From NCBI GenBank assembly GCA_902563835.1, contig CACEZB010000001.1:42217-106216 (forward strand): DNA of 64,000 nt, written 5' to 3'. Of this stretch, positions 10,214 through 20,074 are shown piece by piece. Source of the DNA: an uncultured SAR86 cluster bacterium (GTDB lineage: Bacteria; Pseudomonadota; Gammaproteobacteria; Magnimaribacterales; D2472). Both the position numbers and the translations under genes were made by a program. The notes beneath the pieces were generated by a model. It searched no databases, was not told the DNA's origin, and was given only the letters and a program-made list of their open reading frames with translations. Position 1 is the stretch's first letter; every line of letters begins with the position of its first letter.

Positions 10214-11224
10214 TTATATATATACTTGGCCAAATTTATTATCAATAAAATTATCCCAAGATAATGACTCCTGTTTTACAAATCCATTTTGTGGTATTTT
10301 CCCATTTAAAAACATTTCTAGAGAACTACATACCCCTGATGCTGTTGTTAATTGAATAGCGCTAAACTTTTCATCTCCATATATTTTTCTTAAATAAGTC
10401 TTTTCCTGAAAAGCTCCCTCTGACATACCAATTACTTTAACAAAGAAAATGATTAAATCGTTTTTAGTCCGTGGTACTTCCTTATCAAAAAGCTTTTCAA
10501 GCACATCTTTATTTTTCTTTAAATGTAAGTCATTAAAAAGAAATTTCATATGATTTAAATGTCCAGGATATCTTATTGTCTTATATGAAAGATTCTCTAC
10601 CTTACCTGCATAGGTTTCACACATTGTTGCGCATCCCCCGCTAGTATTAAAGGCTTCAAAGCTTTCACCTTCAATAACAATTTTCTCAGCTCCTTCAAGA
10701 GGCATTGCTTTTATATGCTTCCCCTCATAAATTGCATCCGCTTCATTGCAATATTCATTTATCAATCCATTCGTAGACCAGCTTAAGTAATAGCTCATTT
10801 CATTTGTTGTAAATCTTGGAAGGGCTCCTACACGCATCAAAACCTCATTTACGCTATCAAATTCTTCCATCATGCTTGCGGCACATACGTTTATCGCACC
10901 TGGAGCTAGTCCACACTGTGGCATTAATATGCTTTTTGATTTTAGAGTTTTGATAAAATCTGTGGTTTCTACATCCTCAGTTAAATCAAAATATGCTATA
11001 CCCTCCTCTGCTGCCACTGTTGCAATGTTTTTATTTACTGCAAAAGGTGCAGCTGAAATAACAGCATCAGCACCTTTTAAAAAATCTTTTACTTGCTTAA
11101 TATCTTTGGCATCAAATCCATCAGCTATATCGCCTTGTCTTAAATCATAATCACTTTTTAGCAACTGCTTTAAAGCCCATCCTATATTTCCACTTCCAAC
11201 TATGGCTATCTTAGCTTTCATCAA
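10214..11224 (-). CDS. saccharopine dehydrogenase-like NAD(P)-binding oxidoreductase
   Basis: 336 aa with an N-terminal KIAIVGSGNIG Rossmann motif and saccharopine-DH-like length. Overlaps the upstream ALDH gene by 14 nt. Confidence 0.7.
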   Translation of the reverse strand: MMKAKIAIVGSGNIGWALKQLLKSDYDLRQGDIADGFDAKDIKQVKDFLKGADAVISAAPFAVNKNIATVAAEEGIAYFDLTEDVETTDFIKTLKSKSILMPQCGLAPGAINVCAASMMEEFDSVNEVLMRVGALPRFTTNEMSYYLSWSTNGLINEYCNEADAIYEGKHIKAMPLEGAEKIVIEGESFEAFNTSGGCATMCETYAGKVENLSYKTIRYPGHLNHMKFLFNDLHLKKNKDVLEKLFDKEVPRTKNDLIIFFVKVIGMSEGAFQEKTYLRKIYGDEKFSAIQLTTASGVCSSLEMFLNGKIPQNGFVKQESLSWDNFIDNKFGQVYI

Positions 11225-12593
11225 ACTCCACTCCTTGTGCTAATGGAAGCTCATCTCCGTAATTTACCGTTGCTGTTACTCTTCTCATATAATTTTTCCA
11301 TGCATCAGAGCCTGATTCTCTGCCGCCACCAGTGTCTTTTTCACCACCAAAAGCTCCACCAATTTCTGCGCCACTAGTTCCAATATTTACATTTGCAATA
11401 CCACAGTCACTTCCGCATTCGCTTAAAAATAATTCTGATTCTCTCATGTCATTAGTAAATATTGAGCTACTTAGACCCTGTGATACATCATTTTGCATTT
11501 GAATTGCTTCATTAATTTCTTTATATGTTTTTATATACAATATTGGTGCAAATGTTTCTTGAAGCATCTCATCTTCTACTTTATCAACCAAGACTAGAGC
11601 TGGTTTAACATAATATTCTTTTGGGTCCTCAATCTCTAACCTTTCACCGCCAATGACTTCAATTTTTTTATCTTTCAATGATGTAAGTATTGCTTGCATA
11701 GATTGATAACTTGCTTCAGATATCAATGGTCCGATTTGTGAAGATTCTTTTGTTGGACAGCCAATTATTAATTCTTCAAAACAAGTTTTAAGTCTTGTAA
11801 CACAATCATCATATATATCTTCATGAACAAAAAGTCTTCTTAATGAAGTGCACCTTTGTCCCGTTGTTCCACATGCTGAAAACGCTATGCCTTTTATCGT
11901 TAAGTCTAAATCTGCAGATGGACAAACAATTGCAGCATTATTTCCACCAAGCTCTAATAGAAGCTTACCTAATCTCTTTGATACAAGAGGTGCTAACTCT
12001 TTACCCATTTGAGTGCTTCCAGTAGCAGAGATTAAAGAAATTGCAGGATCTTCACACATTGCTACTGCTTCTTCTTTTTCTCCTTCTAAAATTAATATCA
12101 AATCTGCAAACTCATCGCTTACTTTATCCCAAGCATCTTTAATCCCTTTAGCACAAAGATTTGAGTGAGGGCTAGGTTTCCAAATAACGCTATTCCCACA
12201 TACTGCTGCTAAACAAAAATTCCAAGCAAAAACGGCCATAGGAAAATTGAAAGCAGTTATACAGCCAACCACTCCAAGAGGATGCCATAGTTCTTGCAGT
12301 CTATGGTTAGGTCGCTCACTTGGCATTGTTAAACCATATAATTGCCTGCTTAAGCCAACAGCAAAGTCACACATATCAATTGCTTCTTGAACCTCTCCCT
12401 GAGATTCTGTTTGAATCTTTCTTGCTTCTTTTGTTATTGTTTCAGCCAAATAATCTTTCTTAGCTCTCAGCTCTTCACCAAATTTTCTTATATATTCACC
12501 TCTTTGTGGTGCAGGAATACTCCTCCATTTAATAAAAATATCTTTGGATCTTTTTACTGTTTGGTCATAATTTTTATTCATGATAGTTCCCAC
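11211..12593 (-). CDS. aldehyde dehydrogenase, ALDH7/aminoadipate-semialdehyde-dehydrogenase-like
   Basis: 460 aa with ELGGNNA and GTTGQRCTS (catalytic Cys) motifs. The specific substrate is inferred only from pairing with the saccharopine DH gene. Confidence 0.8.
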   Translation of the reverse strand: MGTIMNKNYDQTVKRSKDIFIKWRSIPAPQRGEYIRKFGEELRAKKDYLAETITKEARKIQTESQGEVQEAIDMCDFAVGLSRQLYGLTMPSERPNHRLQELWHPLGVVGCITAFNFPMAVFAWNFCLAAVCGNSVIWKPSPHSNLCAKGIKDAWDKVSDEFADLILILEGEKEEAVAMCEDPAISLISATGSTQMGKELAPLVSKRLGKLLLELGGNNAAIVCPSADLDLTIKGIAFSACGTTGQRCTSLRRLFVHEDIYDDCVTRLKTCFEELIIGCPTKESSQIGPLISEASYQSMQAILTSLKDKKIEVIGGERLEIEDPKEYYVKPALVLVDKVEDEMLQETFAPILYIKTYKEINEAIQMQNDVSQGLSSSIFTNDMRESELFLSECGSDCGIANVNIGTSGAEIGGAFGGEKDTGGGRESGSDAWKNYMRRVTATVNYGDELPLAQGVEFDES

Positions 12594-13071
12594 TCTTAAT
12601 TATATAGATTTGGAACAGAGCAAACACCCCATAAATAAATACATATGCTATATAAAACTTTATAACTAATGGATCATCGATAGAATCTACAAATGGATCT
12701 TGAGGCGGCAATCTTTTTAGCACCTCTGCTGTTGTAGGCAGCATGCTAAAAAAAACTGTAGACGAAAGGGCTAGCTCTTTTAAATATGAATTAAATAATC
12801 CGAAAATGTTTACTTTATGCAAAATTATTGCAAAAAGTATTGCTAATATTGTTATCACAGACAATAGATGAGCTATATTAAAGTTCCCAGTTGAATTATA
12901 AATAAATAAGGATGATCCGGCTGTAATGGCTGTGCTGACCAAATAAAATCTTCCGAGAAATGATTTAATGCTTATAAAATTTTCTTTTATTAATAGGAAT
13001 AGGCCGGTCAATATTGCTGCAATACCCAAAATAGTATGAAACCAACCAAGAAATGTTATTCCCCCATACAC
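12574..13071 (-). CDS. hypothetical membrane protein
   Basis: 165 aa with about 4 TM segments. Confidence 0.5.
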   Translation of the reverse strand: MYGGITFLGWFHTILGIAAILTGLFLLIKENFISIKSFLGRFYLVSTAITAGSSLFIYNSTGNFNIAHLLSVITILAILFAIILHKVNIFGLFNSYLKELALSSTVFFSMLPTTAEVLKRLPPQDPFVDSIDDPLVIKFYIAYVFIYGVFALFQIYIIKSGNYHE

Positions 13072-13100
13072 AACTGATTCTCCTAAAAATATATTAGAGC

Positions 13101-13406
13101 TTAGAAAATCTTATGCTTGCCTTGTAATATCTCAATATACATCTTGTGATCACCGATAAAGCTATAAAAAGGATATTTAAAGGTTGCAGGTTTATTTTTT
13201 TCAATAAAAAAATGTCCAACCCAGGCAAATGCATATCCTGATATTAGTGCAAATAAAAGATATATAAAATTAAACGATAAGAAAAATTTAATTAAGAAAA
13301 AAATTCCTATGCTTGTTCCTATAAAATGCATTAACTTGGTATGTTTATTATCATGCTCTGATAAATAATATGGGTAAAAATCTTTAAATGTTTTGTATCG
13401 CTCCAT
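13101..13406 (-). CDS. DUF962 / Mpo1-like membrane protein
   Basis: The internal ATG at 13406 removes the overlap with the upstream gene. Contains a FKDFYPYYLSEH...HFIGT motif. Confidence 0.6.
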   Translation of the reverse strand: MERYKTFKDFYPYYLSEHDNKHTKLMHFIGTSIGIFFLIKFFLSFNFIYLLFALISGYAFAWVGHFFIEKNKPATFKYPFYSFIGDHKMYIEILQGKHKIF

Positions 13407-13410
13407 AATT

Positions 13411-13722
13411 TTACTTCCTTGGTGGTAAGCCACTAATTCTAGTCAAAGTTGTTGTAACGCTTGCTCGTCTGTGTTCTGACAAATCTTGATATTCAGGATC
13501 TGAATACCACTCTTCTGCATGCTTGGCGGTGGGAAAGCTAAATAATATAACTCTTCCCTCCATAGGTTTTTCACCCTCAACATTAATAATATTGTCGTCA
13601 TAAGTTATAAACTCACCACTATGTTTTTTTAATAATGGAAAAAATCCTTTTTCGTATTCTCTATATCTATCTGCATCATGAATTTGCAGGTTTGCAATCA
13701 TATAAACTTTTACTTCTTCCAT
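13411..13722 (-). CDS. DUF1330-family protein
   Basis: 103 aa. The pattern MIANLQIHD..YREYEKGF is typical of DUF1330. Confidence 0.6.
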   Translation of the reverse strand: MEEVKVYMIANLQIHDADRYREYEKGFFPLLKKHSGEFITYDDNIINVEGEKPMEGRVILFSFPTAKHAEEWYSDPEYQDLSEHRRASVTTTLTRISGLPPRK

Positions 13723-13727
13723 TGTTT

Positions 13728-14351
13728 TTATTTTGGAGCTGCTTCTGGTTGGAACATATAGTAACCCTCAAAAGGAATCATTAAATGAGCATAAGGAGTT
13801 CCTTTAAACATTTGATATGGCTCTCCAGTTGTAAAATCTGTTGTGAAGTTTTCAACAGTTTTTGGGTCTTTTGGCATAAGCATTAAATGAGGGCCTGATT
13901 CTATAAAATGATTCATTTTCATTGCATCCTCTTTGTTACCGCCATATAAAGAAGAAACCCTATTGTCTTCTCCTACGTCGCCATGAAGCATCCAAATATA
14001 TGCATCACGATTCATATCTGGCTTAGTTCCATTCACATAAGCCTCAACCCATTTAAAACCCTCTATGTCAGCGCATGAAGCATTTGTGTCTTGTGCATCC
14101 TTATATCCACCTTTGGGCATTGGTCTTCCTGGAGAGCATGTCCACCCATTAGTTCCCTCTCTTAAAATTTTGCCATCATAAGTTGCAACTGATGCTTTGT
14201 TTCCAATAAAAGATGGTGCTGCAGTTGATAAAATTTTAATCATCCATTCTTTTGATTTTCCATCATCGCTATGTGAATGGCCGTCATGAGCAACTGATGA
14301 AATGCTTACAGTAAATATAACTGCTATTAAACTAATAAATCTTATATTCAT
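13728..14351 (-). CDS. secreted hypothetical protein with His-rich predicted mature N-terminus
   Basis: Signal peptide ending ...SSVA, followed by HDGHSHSDDG. Confidence 0.55.
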   Translation of the reverse strand: MNIRFISLIAVIFTVSISSVAHDGHSHSDDGKSKEWMIKILSTAAPSFIGNKASVATYDGKILREGTNGWTCSPGRPMPKGGYKDAQDTNASCADIEGFKWVEAYVNGTKPDMNRDAYIWMLHGDVGEDNRVSSLYGGNKEDAMKMNHFIESGPHLMLMPKDPKTVENFTTDFTTGEPYQMFKGTPYAHLMIPFEGYYMFQPEAAPK

Positions 14352-14415
14352 TTTTCTCCTCTAATTTAAAAATGTTATTTAATTCTATGAAAGAATTAAA
14401 TGTAATACAAATAGA

Positions 14416-15624
14416 TTAACTGCTTTGTTGTGCAACATGTTTGGCTATTGCTCTAAACATGGCTATATGGACTGCCTTGGAATAATCTTTTTCAGATCTA
14501 AACCTGTGATTTGAGGATGTCTTTGCAATTACCACCCCACTCACTGGGTCTACATAAACAAACTGATTGTAAACTCCATGTGCTGTGTAATCTGTCATCG
14601 GACTTCCTGGGATCCACCACTGATACCCATAACCCCACTCGCTAGATGTAAGATCATCGCCTGCGTTAGGCATTAAATGTGGTGCATCTGGTGTATGGGA
14701 ATCTATTACCCACTGTTTAGGAACAATTTGCTCACCAAACCAATTGCCATTATTTAAATACAAATAGCCAAATTTTGCATAATCCCTTAAAGTTGCATTT
14801 AGACCGCCAAGAGCTAAATCCACCCCAGTCTTATCAGTTATATAGTAAGCATCACTTTCCATGCCTATTTTGCTCCAAATCTTTTTATATAAATATTCTC
14901 TCAAAGGCATATCTGTAACTGACTCTAGGAGGAATCCTAATACTTGGGTATCGATGCTCACATAATGATTATATGTTCCCTGCTCTCTTCCATTTTTGAG
15001 AGTCTTTGCAAAATCTATCATGGGCGAACCTCTAGCAATAGATCTTCCAAATTTATTTATATCAGAATTTGGGTCTGCATAATCCTCATTAAAAGCTACT
15101 CCTGAAGACATCTGCAGAATATTTTTAATTTTTACTCCCTCATATCCAGTGTCTTTGAATTCTGGTAAATATTTAGTAACAGGGTCATCAATACTATCAA
15201 TTAGGCCCTCATCTAATGCAATACCCATAAGAGCAGAAAGAAAAGATTTAGCAACCGACCAAGAAATATGTTTGCTATTTTTATCATTGCTATTCCAATA
15301 TTCCTCATAGAGCATTTTATTGTCATGTAAAATTATTAACCCATCGGTTTTAAAATGAGCTAGCCCCTCTAAAAGATCATGCTCACTCCCTTCAAATGAA
15401 TACTTTTCCGGCAGTTCAAAATCGTCTTTCTCGAATATGTATGGATTATCTGACGGCTCGATTGGCTCTGAAGCAATAAAAACTTTATCCATATTTATAA
15501 AGTTATGTGCAATGGTTTTTTCATTATATAAATTTGATAATTTATATACCCTAATCAAATTAGGGGTATAAATAGATATTGAAACAAATAATAAAAGTAA
15601 TATAAACGTTAAGATCTTACCCAT
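14416..15624 (-). CDS. serine hydrolase (beta-lactamase/class-C esterase family)
   Basis: 402 aa with an N-terminal anchor and an S-x-x-K motif (SWSVAKSF). Confidence 0.75.
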   Translation of the reverse strand: MGKILTFILLLLFVSISIYTPNLIRVYKLSNLYNEKTIAHNFINMDKVFIASEPIEPSDNPYIFEKDDFELPEKYSFEGSEHDLLEGLAHFKTDGLIILHDNKMLYEEYWNSNDKNSKHISWSVAKSFLSALMGIALDEGLIDSIDDPVTKYLPEFKDTGYEGVKIKNILQMSSGVAFNEDYADPNSDINKFGRSIARGSPMIDFAKTLKNGREQGTYNHYVSIDTQVLGFLLESVTDMPLREYLYKKIWSKIGMESDAYYITDKTGVDLALGGLNATLRDYAKFGYLYLNNGNWFGEQIVPKQWVIDSHTPDAPHLMPNAGDDLTSSEWGYGYQWWIPGSPMTDYTAHGVYNQFVYVDPVSGVVIAKTSSNHRFRSEKDYSKAVHIAMFRAIAKHVAQQSS

Positions 15625-15665
15625 ATGAATAATCTATCATAGATAGGGCGTAATATATGAAAAAT

Positions 15666-16025
15666 TTATACCCACTCATCATTTGGAGCGGTCAATTTAT
15701 CTTCTTTGTCTCCCGTGTTAACCACACCAGATGGCTCAACTAACATTATCTTGGCTTCTTTGTTTGCATATGGTTTATGCTTGACACCTTTTGGAACAAC
15801 TATCATTTCTCCTTCATTAATTTGAATTGTCTCATTTTCAAACTCAATAAAAATAGTGCCATCTAAGACAATAAATACTTCATCTGTATCGTCGTGCTTA
15901 TGCCAAATAAAATCATCTTTAATTTTTACAAGCTTAAATTGATAGTCATTCATTTCTGCAATAACTTTTGGTGACCATCTATCACTAAATTTTGAAAATT
16001 TAGAACTAAAATTTATTTTTTTCAT
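15666..16025 (-). CDS. cupin-domain protein
   Basis: 119 aa with the HKHDDTDEVF...G..IVVPKGVKH cupin motifs. Confidence 0.7.
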   Translation of the reverse strand: MKKINFSSKFSKFSDRWSPKVIAEMNDYQFKLVKIKDDFIWHKHDDTDEVFIVLDGTIFIEFENETIQINEGEMIVVPKGVKHKPYANKEAKIMLVEPSGVVNTGDKEDKLTAPNDEWV

Positions 16026-16028
16026 AGC

Positions 16029-16511
16029 CTATTCTCTTAATACCGCAGACCTAGTTCCATCTTCTTCATTTATTATTACATCCATTGGTTTCCATTCCTC
16101 ATGTCCGCAAACTCTTAACAAACAACCTTCAACCTTTAGATTGCCATTATCTAATAAATATAAGTTTGATTTAAAGATTCTCCCTCTACCTGGATCGTAT
16201 ATCTTGCCTCCTTTTAGCTCTGTTAAATCTTTATCAACAAATTTGAATTGATCTAGCAAATTAACTCCTACTAAAGGTCTGCTTCTTAGTGATTTATCAC
16301 GATTGTTTTCATCTAATATAGATTTTGGATCTACTCCCTCATCAACAAATATATGCTCGATTGTTGCGCATAAACTCTGTTCACAATCTTTAACATGGAC
16401 AATAGATGCAGAAGTTAGCCAATAGCCTAAGAATCTATTATTGCTTTCAGAAAAAATATTAATTGATAAGAAGGCTAGTATTAATAAATATACGGATTTT
16501 CTATAGCCCAT
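16029..16511 (-). CDS. DUF2147-family secreted protein
   Basis: Signal peptide followed by GYWLT...GGKIYDP..G..., the DUF2147 pattern. Confidence 0.6.
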   Translation of the reverse strand: MGYRKSVYLLILAFLSINIFSESNNRFLGYWLTSASIVHVKDCEQSLCATIEHIFVDEGVDPKSILDENNRDKSLRSRPLVGVNLLDQFKFVDKDLTELKGGKIYDPGRGRIFKSNLYLLDNGNLKVEGCLLRVCGHEEWKPMDVIINEEDGTRSAVLRE

Positions 16512-17532
16512 AAATCCAATCTCTTACCATCTCAACTGCTTCTTGGTGGGTTAACGCTCTGCCTGATTCTGGCATCATTACTCCAGGATCCATCGACTCC
16601 ATTCTGTATAGTAAGATTGATTCCTCAGGCTTGCCAGGAACAATAGAGTACTTATATCCTCCACTACCTCTTCCTGTTGCAACAGGTTTTTTAAATATTC
16701 CTAAATTGATATCTCTTGTTTCATTTAAATGTAAATATAATCCAGTTGAATTAGCGTTGCCTGTTGGTGAGTGACAGTGTCCACAATTAACATCTAAGTA
16801 TGATCTAACTCTATCATTAATATTTTTAGTTTCATCAGTCCAATCAACTGGAGAAATTAAATCCATAGGGTAATCATCAATAATCTCTCTATTCATCCAA
16901 TAAACTAATTGGTTAAACTCACCATCTTTAAAATCAAATTCTTTATTTATATTTCTTGCTTTGGGGCCTATCGGGCTAATCTTGTCATCTGCATCATGAC
17001 ATTCTTTACATTGATTAACATTGGGAACTCTATATCGAACTGTTTTTTCTTCCCCCATAAAATCTGTCCATTCCGCATTGATAGTTTTACCGGCAATTTT
17101 TTTATACGCTTCATTTTGTTCTTCATTCCATGCATAAGAAACAGCTTCCCATCCACTTTCTTTTCTTAATAATAATCTGGTTTCAAGAAGTTGCTTGCCT
17201 AACTCTGGAGCTCTTTCATCTACTGGGTAATAAAAAGTTTTTATAAGAGCAGAGCCTGTAGGGAAATCAAAAACCCAATTCTCTACATATTTTGCTTTCT
17301 TATTGCCAGGAACATAAACCCATCTCTGTTTATATGAATAATCAGAAAAAAGGGTTGATATTAATTCATATGGAATGACCTTGTCGTTAGGTAATTGAGC
17401 AGAATCATCTAAAAAAAATTCAAACTCAGAAAGCTTCTCTGGAAATGATTCTGCTAATATCAAATTATCATTTACAGAATAAAGATTGCTGCAATACAAA
17501 AAAATAAAAAAATAAGAAAATATTTTTTTCAT
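16501..17532 (-). CDS. secreted diheme c-type cytochrome-like protein (SO_2930/HNE_0200-like family)
   Basis: Signal peptide and two CxxCH motifs (CKECH, CGHCH). Confidence 0.65.
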   Translation of the reverse strand: MKKIFSYFFIFLYCSNLYSVNDNLILAESFPEKLSEFEFFLDDSAQLPNDKVIPYELISTLFSDYSYKQRWVYVPGNKKAKYVENWVFDFPTGSALIKTFYYPVDERAPELGKQLLETRLLLRKESGWEAVSYAWNEEQNEAYKKIAGKTINAEWTDFMGEEKTVRYRVPNVNQCKECHDADDKISPIGPKARNINKEFDFKDGEFNQLVYWMNREIIDDYPMDLISPVDWTDETKNINDRVRSYLDVNCGHCHSPTGNANSTGLYLHLNETRDINLGIFKKPVATGRGSGGYKYSIVPGKPEESILLYRMESMDPGVMMPESGRALTHQEAVEMVRDWIYGL

Positions 17533-17537
17533 ATATG

Positions 17538-18764
17538 TTAGAAAGTCTTGATACTGATTGACTCTAATGGTGTTATTTTTCCTTCAAACTCTTTTATATC
17601 AGTCCTAATAGGACTTGAGAAACCAAGCATATATTTTATAGGGCTAATTGTTAAAAAACTTGTAGTATCCTCTTCATTTAATACCAGCCTCTCTTCTTTT
17701 GGTTGCCCTAATATCATCTGTGATAAAGGAACAACTCCGTCCCAAAAAATATCTGGCATATCTCCAGCACTTATTTCATATAAGGCCTTTGCTAAATCTC
17801 CGGTCTCTAAGTCAGGATCAAAACCACTTGGACCATAGGTATTATTATGAACTTGGATTTTTTTAGGGTGTGGATAGTAATTTTTATCGTCTGTTTCATC
17901 ACTATATGAAACTATAGAGAGATTAACTGTTCCATTGCCGCTCATTACATTGTTGAATATCTCAACATCAGAGTTAGCCATTACAATAATTCCAGTGCCT
18001 CTAGGAACTTCGCCTACAATATTTCCTTCAGGTGCAAAATTATCAGTATCATTATCAATTGCTTGATTATCAAATACTCTAATATGATGTCCGCCCTGTT
18101 GAGGTAAATCTGGAAGATCAAAAACTAAAATTCCTGCAGTATTATGCGATGCTAAATTATCATATACATCTGCATAATAAGAATTCTCAATTTCTATTCC
18201 TGCAACATTGTATTGAGCCACACTGTTTCTAACAATTATATTTTTTGATTGTCCAACATATATGCCAGCATCTGATGCTCCAATCGCAACACATCCATCA
18301 ATTAAAACATCTTCTGATTCAACTGGATAAAATCCATATGCTCCGTTGGTGCTTTTCGGACCACCGGTCCATTCAGTTTTTAAGTTAAGCATACTGATGC
18401 CTTTAGATCCAATAACTTTTAAAGCATCTCCTTTAGCATCCATAATTGAAAAATTTTCTAATATTACTTGATTGGATGTAACCAAAAGACCCTGAGCTCC
18501 TGATTTCTGATTTTTAAAATCAAGTATCGTATTATCCATCCCTTCGCCTCTTATAGTCACTTTGCTAATATCAAGGGACAAGCCATCTTCAAAACTATAA
18601 TAGCCAGATTTAATTGTTAAGATATCTCCTTCCTGCATCAGGATCATTGCTTCTTGAATTCTCTCATGCTCGTTTGGGCCTGGTTCAATGAATATTTCTT
18701 TTGCATTAATGCTTAAAACAAAAATTGAAATTATGGATATATAAAAAATATTAAGTTTTCTCAT
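17538..18764 (-). CDS. secreted right-handed parallel beta-helix repeat protein
   Basis: 408 aa with a signal peptide and repeated G-x-x-x-N/D beta-helix rungs (e.g. NSVAQYNVAGIEIENS, NLASHNTAGILVF). Confidence 0.65.
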   Translation of the reverse strand: MRKLNIFYISIISIFVLSINAKEIFIEPGPNEHERIQEAMILMQEGDILTIKSGYYSFEDGLSLDISKVTIRGEGMDNTILDFKNQKSGAQGLLVTSNQVILENFSIMDAKGDALKVIGSKGISMLNLKTEWTGGPKSTNGAYGFYPVESEDVLIDGCVAIGASDAGIYVGQSKNIIVRNSVAQYNVAGIEIENSYYADVYDNLASHNTAGILVFDLPDLPQQGGHHIRVFDNQAIDNDTDNFAPEGNIVGEVPRGTGIIVMANSDVEIFNNVMSGNGTVNLSIVSYSDETDDKNYYPHPKKIQVHNNTYGPSGFDPDLETGDLAKALYEISAGDMPDIFWDGVVPLSQMILGQPKEERLVLNEEDTTSFLTISPIKYMLGFSSPIRTDIKEFEGKITPLESISIKTF

Positions 18765-18772
18765 AGCTCTTA

Positions 18773-20074
18773 TTATATCTCCAATGCTGGTTCACATCTT
18801 CTTAATTCTTTTTTAAGTCTTTCTCTAAAGGCTGGGTCATCCACTGTTATGGTGTGTCTTGGAGTGTCTAATTGAGGAACATCTGGGTTTGCCATTTCTT
18901 TATCAAGCAAATCTCTTATAGATTTTTTTGGCTTCCATTGTCCTAATAAATGTCTTGCAGCAAGTTTTGATTGGAGCTCCGCACCAGGCCATATACACCC
19001 TAACGGCTGGAACAAGCCAATAAAATATATGTTATTTATATCTGCAGGTATCATTCTATGTAATAAAGGCACCATACCTTCTTCATAATTAATAAAATCT
19101 TTATCAAAAAAAGAATGTTTTATTCTAAATCCGGTACAAGCTATAACCACATCAAATTCTTCTTCATAACCATCAATAAAAGCAACTTTATTATTATTAA
19201 ATTCTTTTATATCTTTTTGTGGACTTACTTTGCCATGTCGTACTGCATAATACAGCTCAGAGTTGACAGTTGGATGAGTTGCAAATATAGGTTGAGTAGG
19301 TTTTTGTAACCCAATGTCTTCATTTTTGCCCTGGAATCTTTCAAGCATAAATCTTATGAAGGGAGCCCTAAAAATTCTTGGAACCCATCTATTTTTCATA
19401 GCATATAAGTCTGTTGGTAGTCCGTACATAAATTTTGGAATTAAGTAATAGCCCCTTCTCCAACTTATTGAGATTGACTTTGCAACTCTTGCTGTCTCAA
19501 CAGCTACATCACAAGCTGAATTGCCTCCCCCAATAACAAGCACCCTTTTGTCTTTAAATGGTTTTGCTGACTTAAAATCATGCGAATGAATAAATTCGCC
19601 TGTAAATCTCCCTGGGTAATCAGGGTACCTTGGCTCATGATGATGACCATTGCATACTACCAATGCATCATATATATCTGTTCTGACCTGATCTGATTCC
19701 AATTCCTTCCATGTAATTTCCCATTTATCAGATTCTATTTGCTTGCAATGTTGCACCTCTGTGCCAAATTTAATTAACTTTCTAATATCAAAGTGATCGG
19801 TGTAGTTATTGAAATATTCCAATAAATCTTTGTGAGAGGGATAGTCAGCTGCGTTTTCAGGTAATGGGTAATCCTCATAATAAGAAGTATATTTTGAACT
19901 TATAATGTGCGTGGTCTCAAAAACACTTGAATGTCCTGATGGATCATTGAACCTCCAATTTCCTCCTACACCTTGGCATCTCTCAAACGCCGTCACCTCA
20001 AAACCAAGATCTGAAAAATTTTTTATTGCAGTTATCCCGCATGGGCCTGCTCCTATTATTGCTACTTTATTCAT
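18773..20074 (-). CDS. flavin-containing monooxygenase (class B FMO)
   Basis: Contains GAGPCG (FAD), FTGEFIHSHDF (FMO-identifying motif) and GGGNSACD (NADPH). Confidence 0.85.
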   Translation of the reverse strand: MNKVAIIGAGPCGITAIKNFSDLGFEVTAFERCQGVGGNWRFNDPSGHSSVFETTHIISSKYTSYYEDYPLPENAADYPSHKDLLEYFNNYTDHFDIRKLIKFGTEVQHCKQIESDKWEITWKELESDQVRTDIYDALVVCNGHHHEPRYPDYPGRFTGEFIHSHDFKSAKPFKDKRVLVIGGGNSACDVAVETARVAKSISISWRRGYYLIPKFMYGLPTDLYAMKNRWVPRIFRAPFIRFMLERFQGKNEDIGLQKPTQPIFATHPTVNSELYYAVRHGKVSPQKDIKEFNNNKVAFIDGYEEEFDVVIACTGFRIKHSFFDKDFINYEEGMVPLLHRMIPADINNIYFIGLFQPLGCIWPGAELQSKLAARHLLGQWKPKKSIRDLLDKEMANPDVPQLDTPRHTITVDDPAFRERLKKELRRCEPALEI

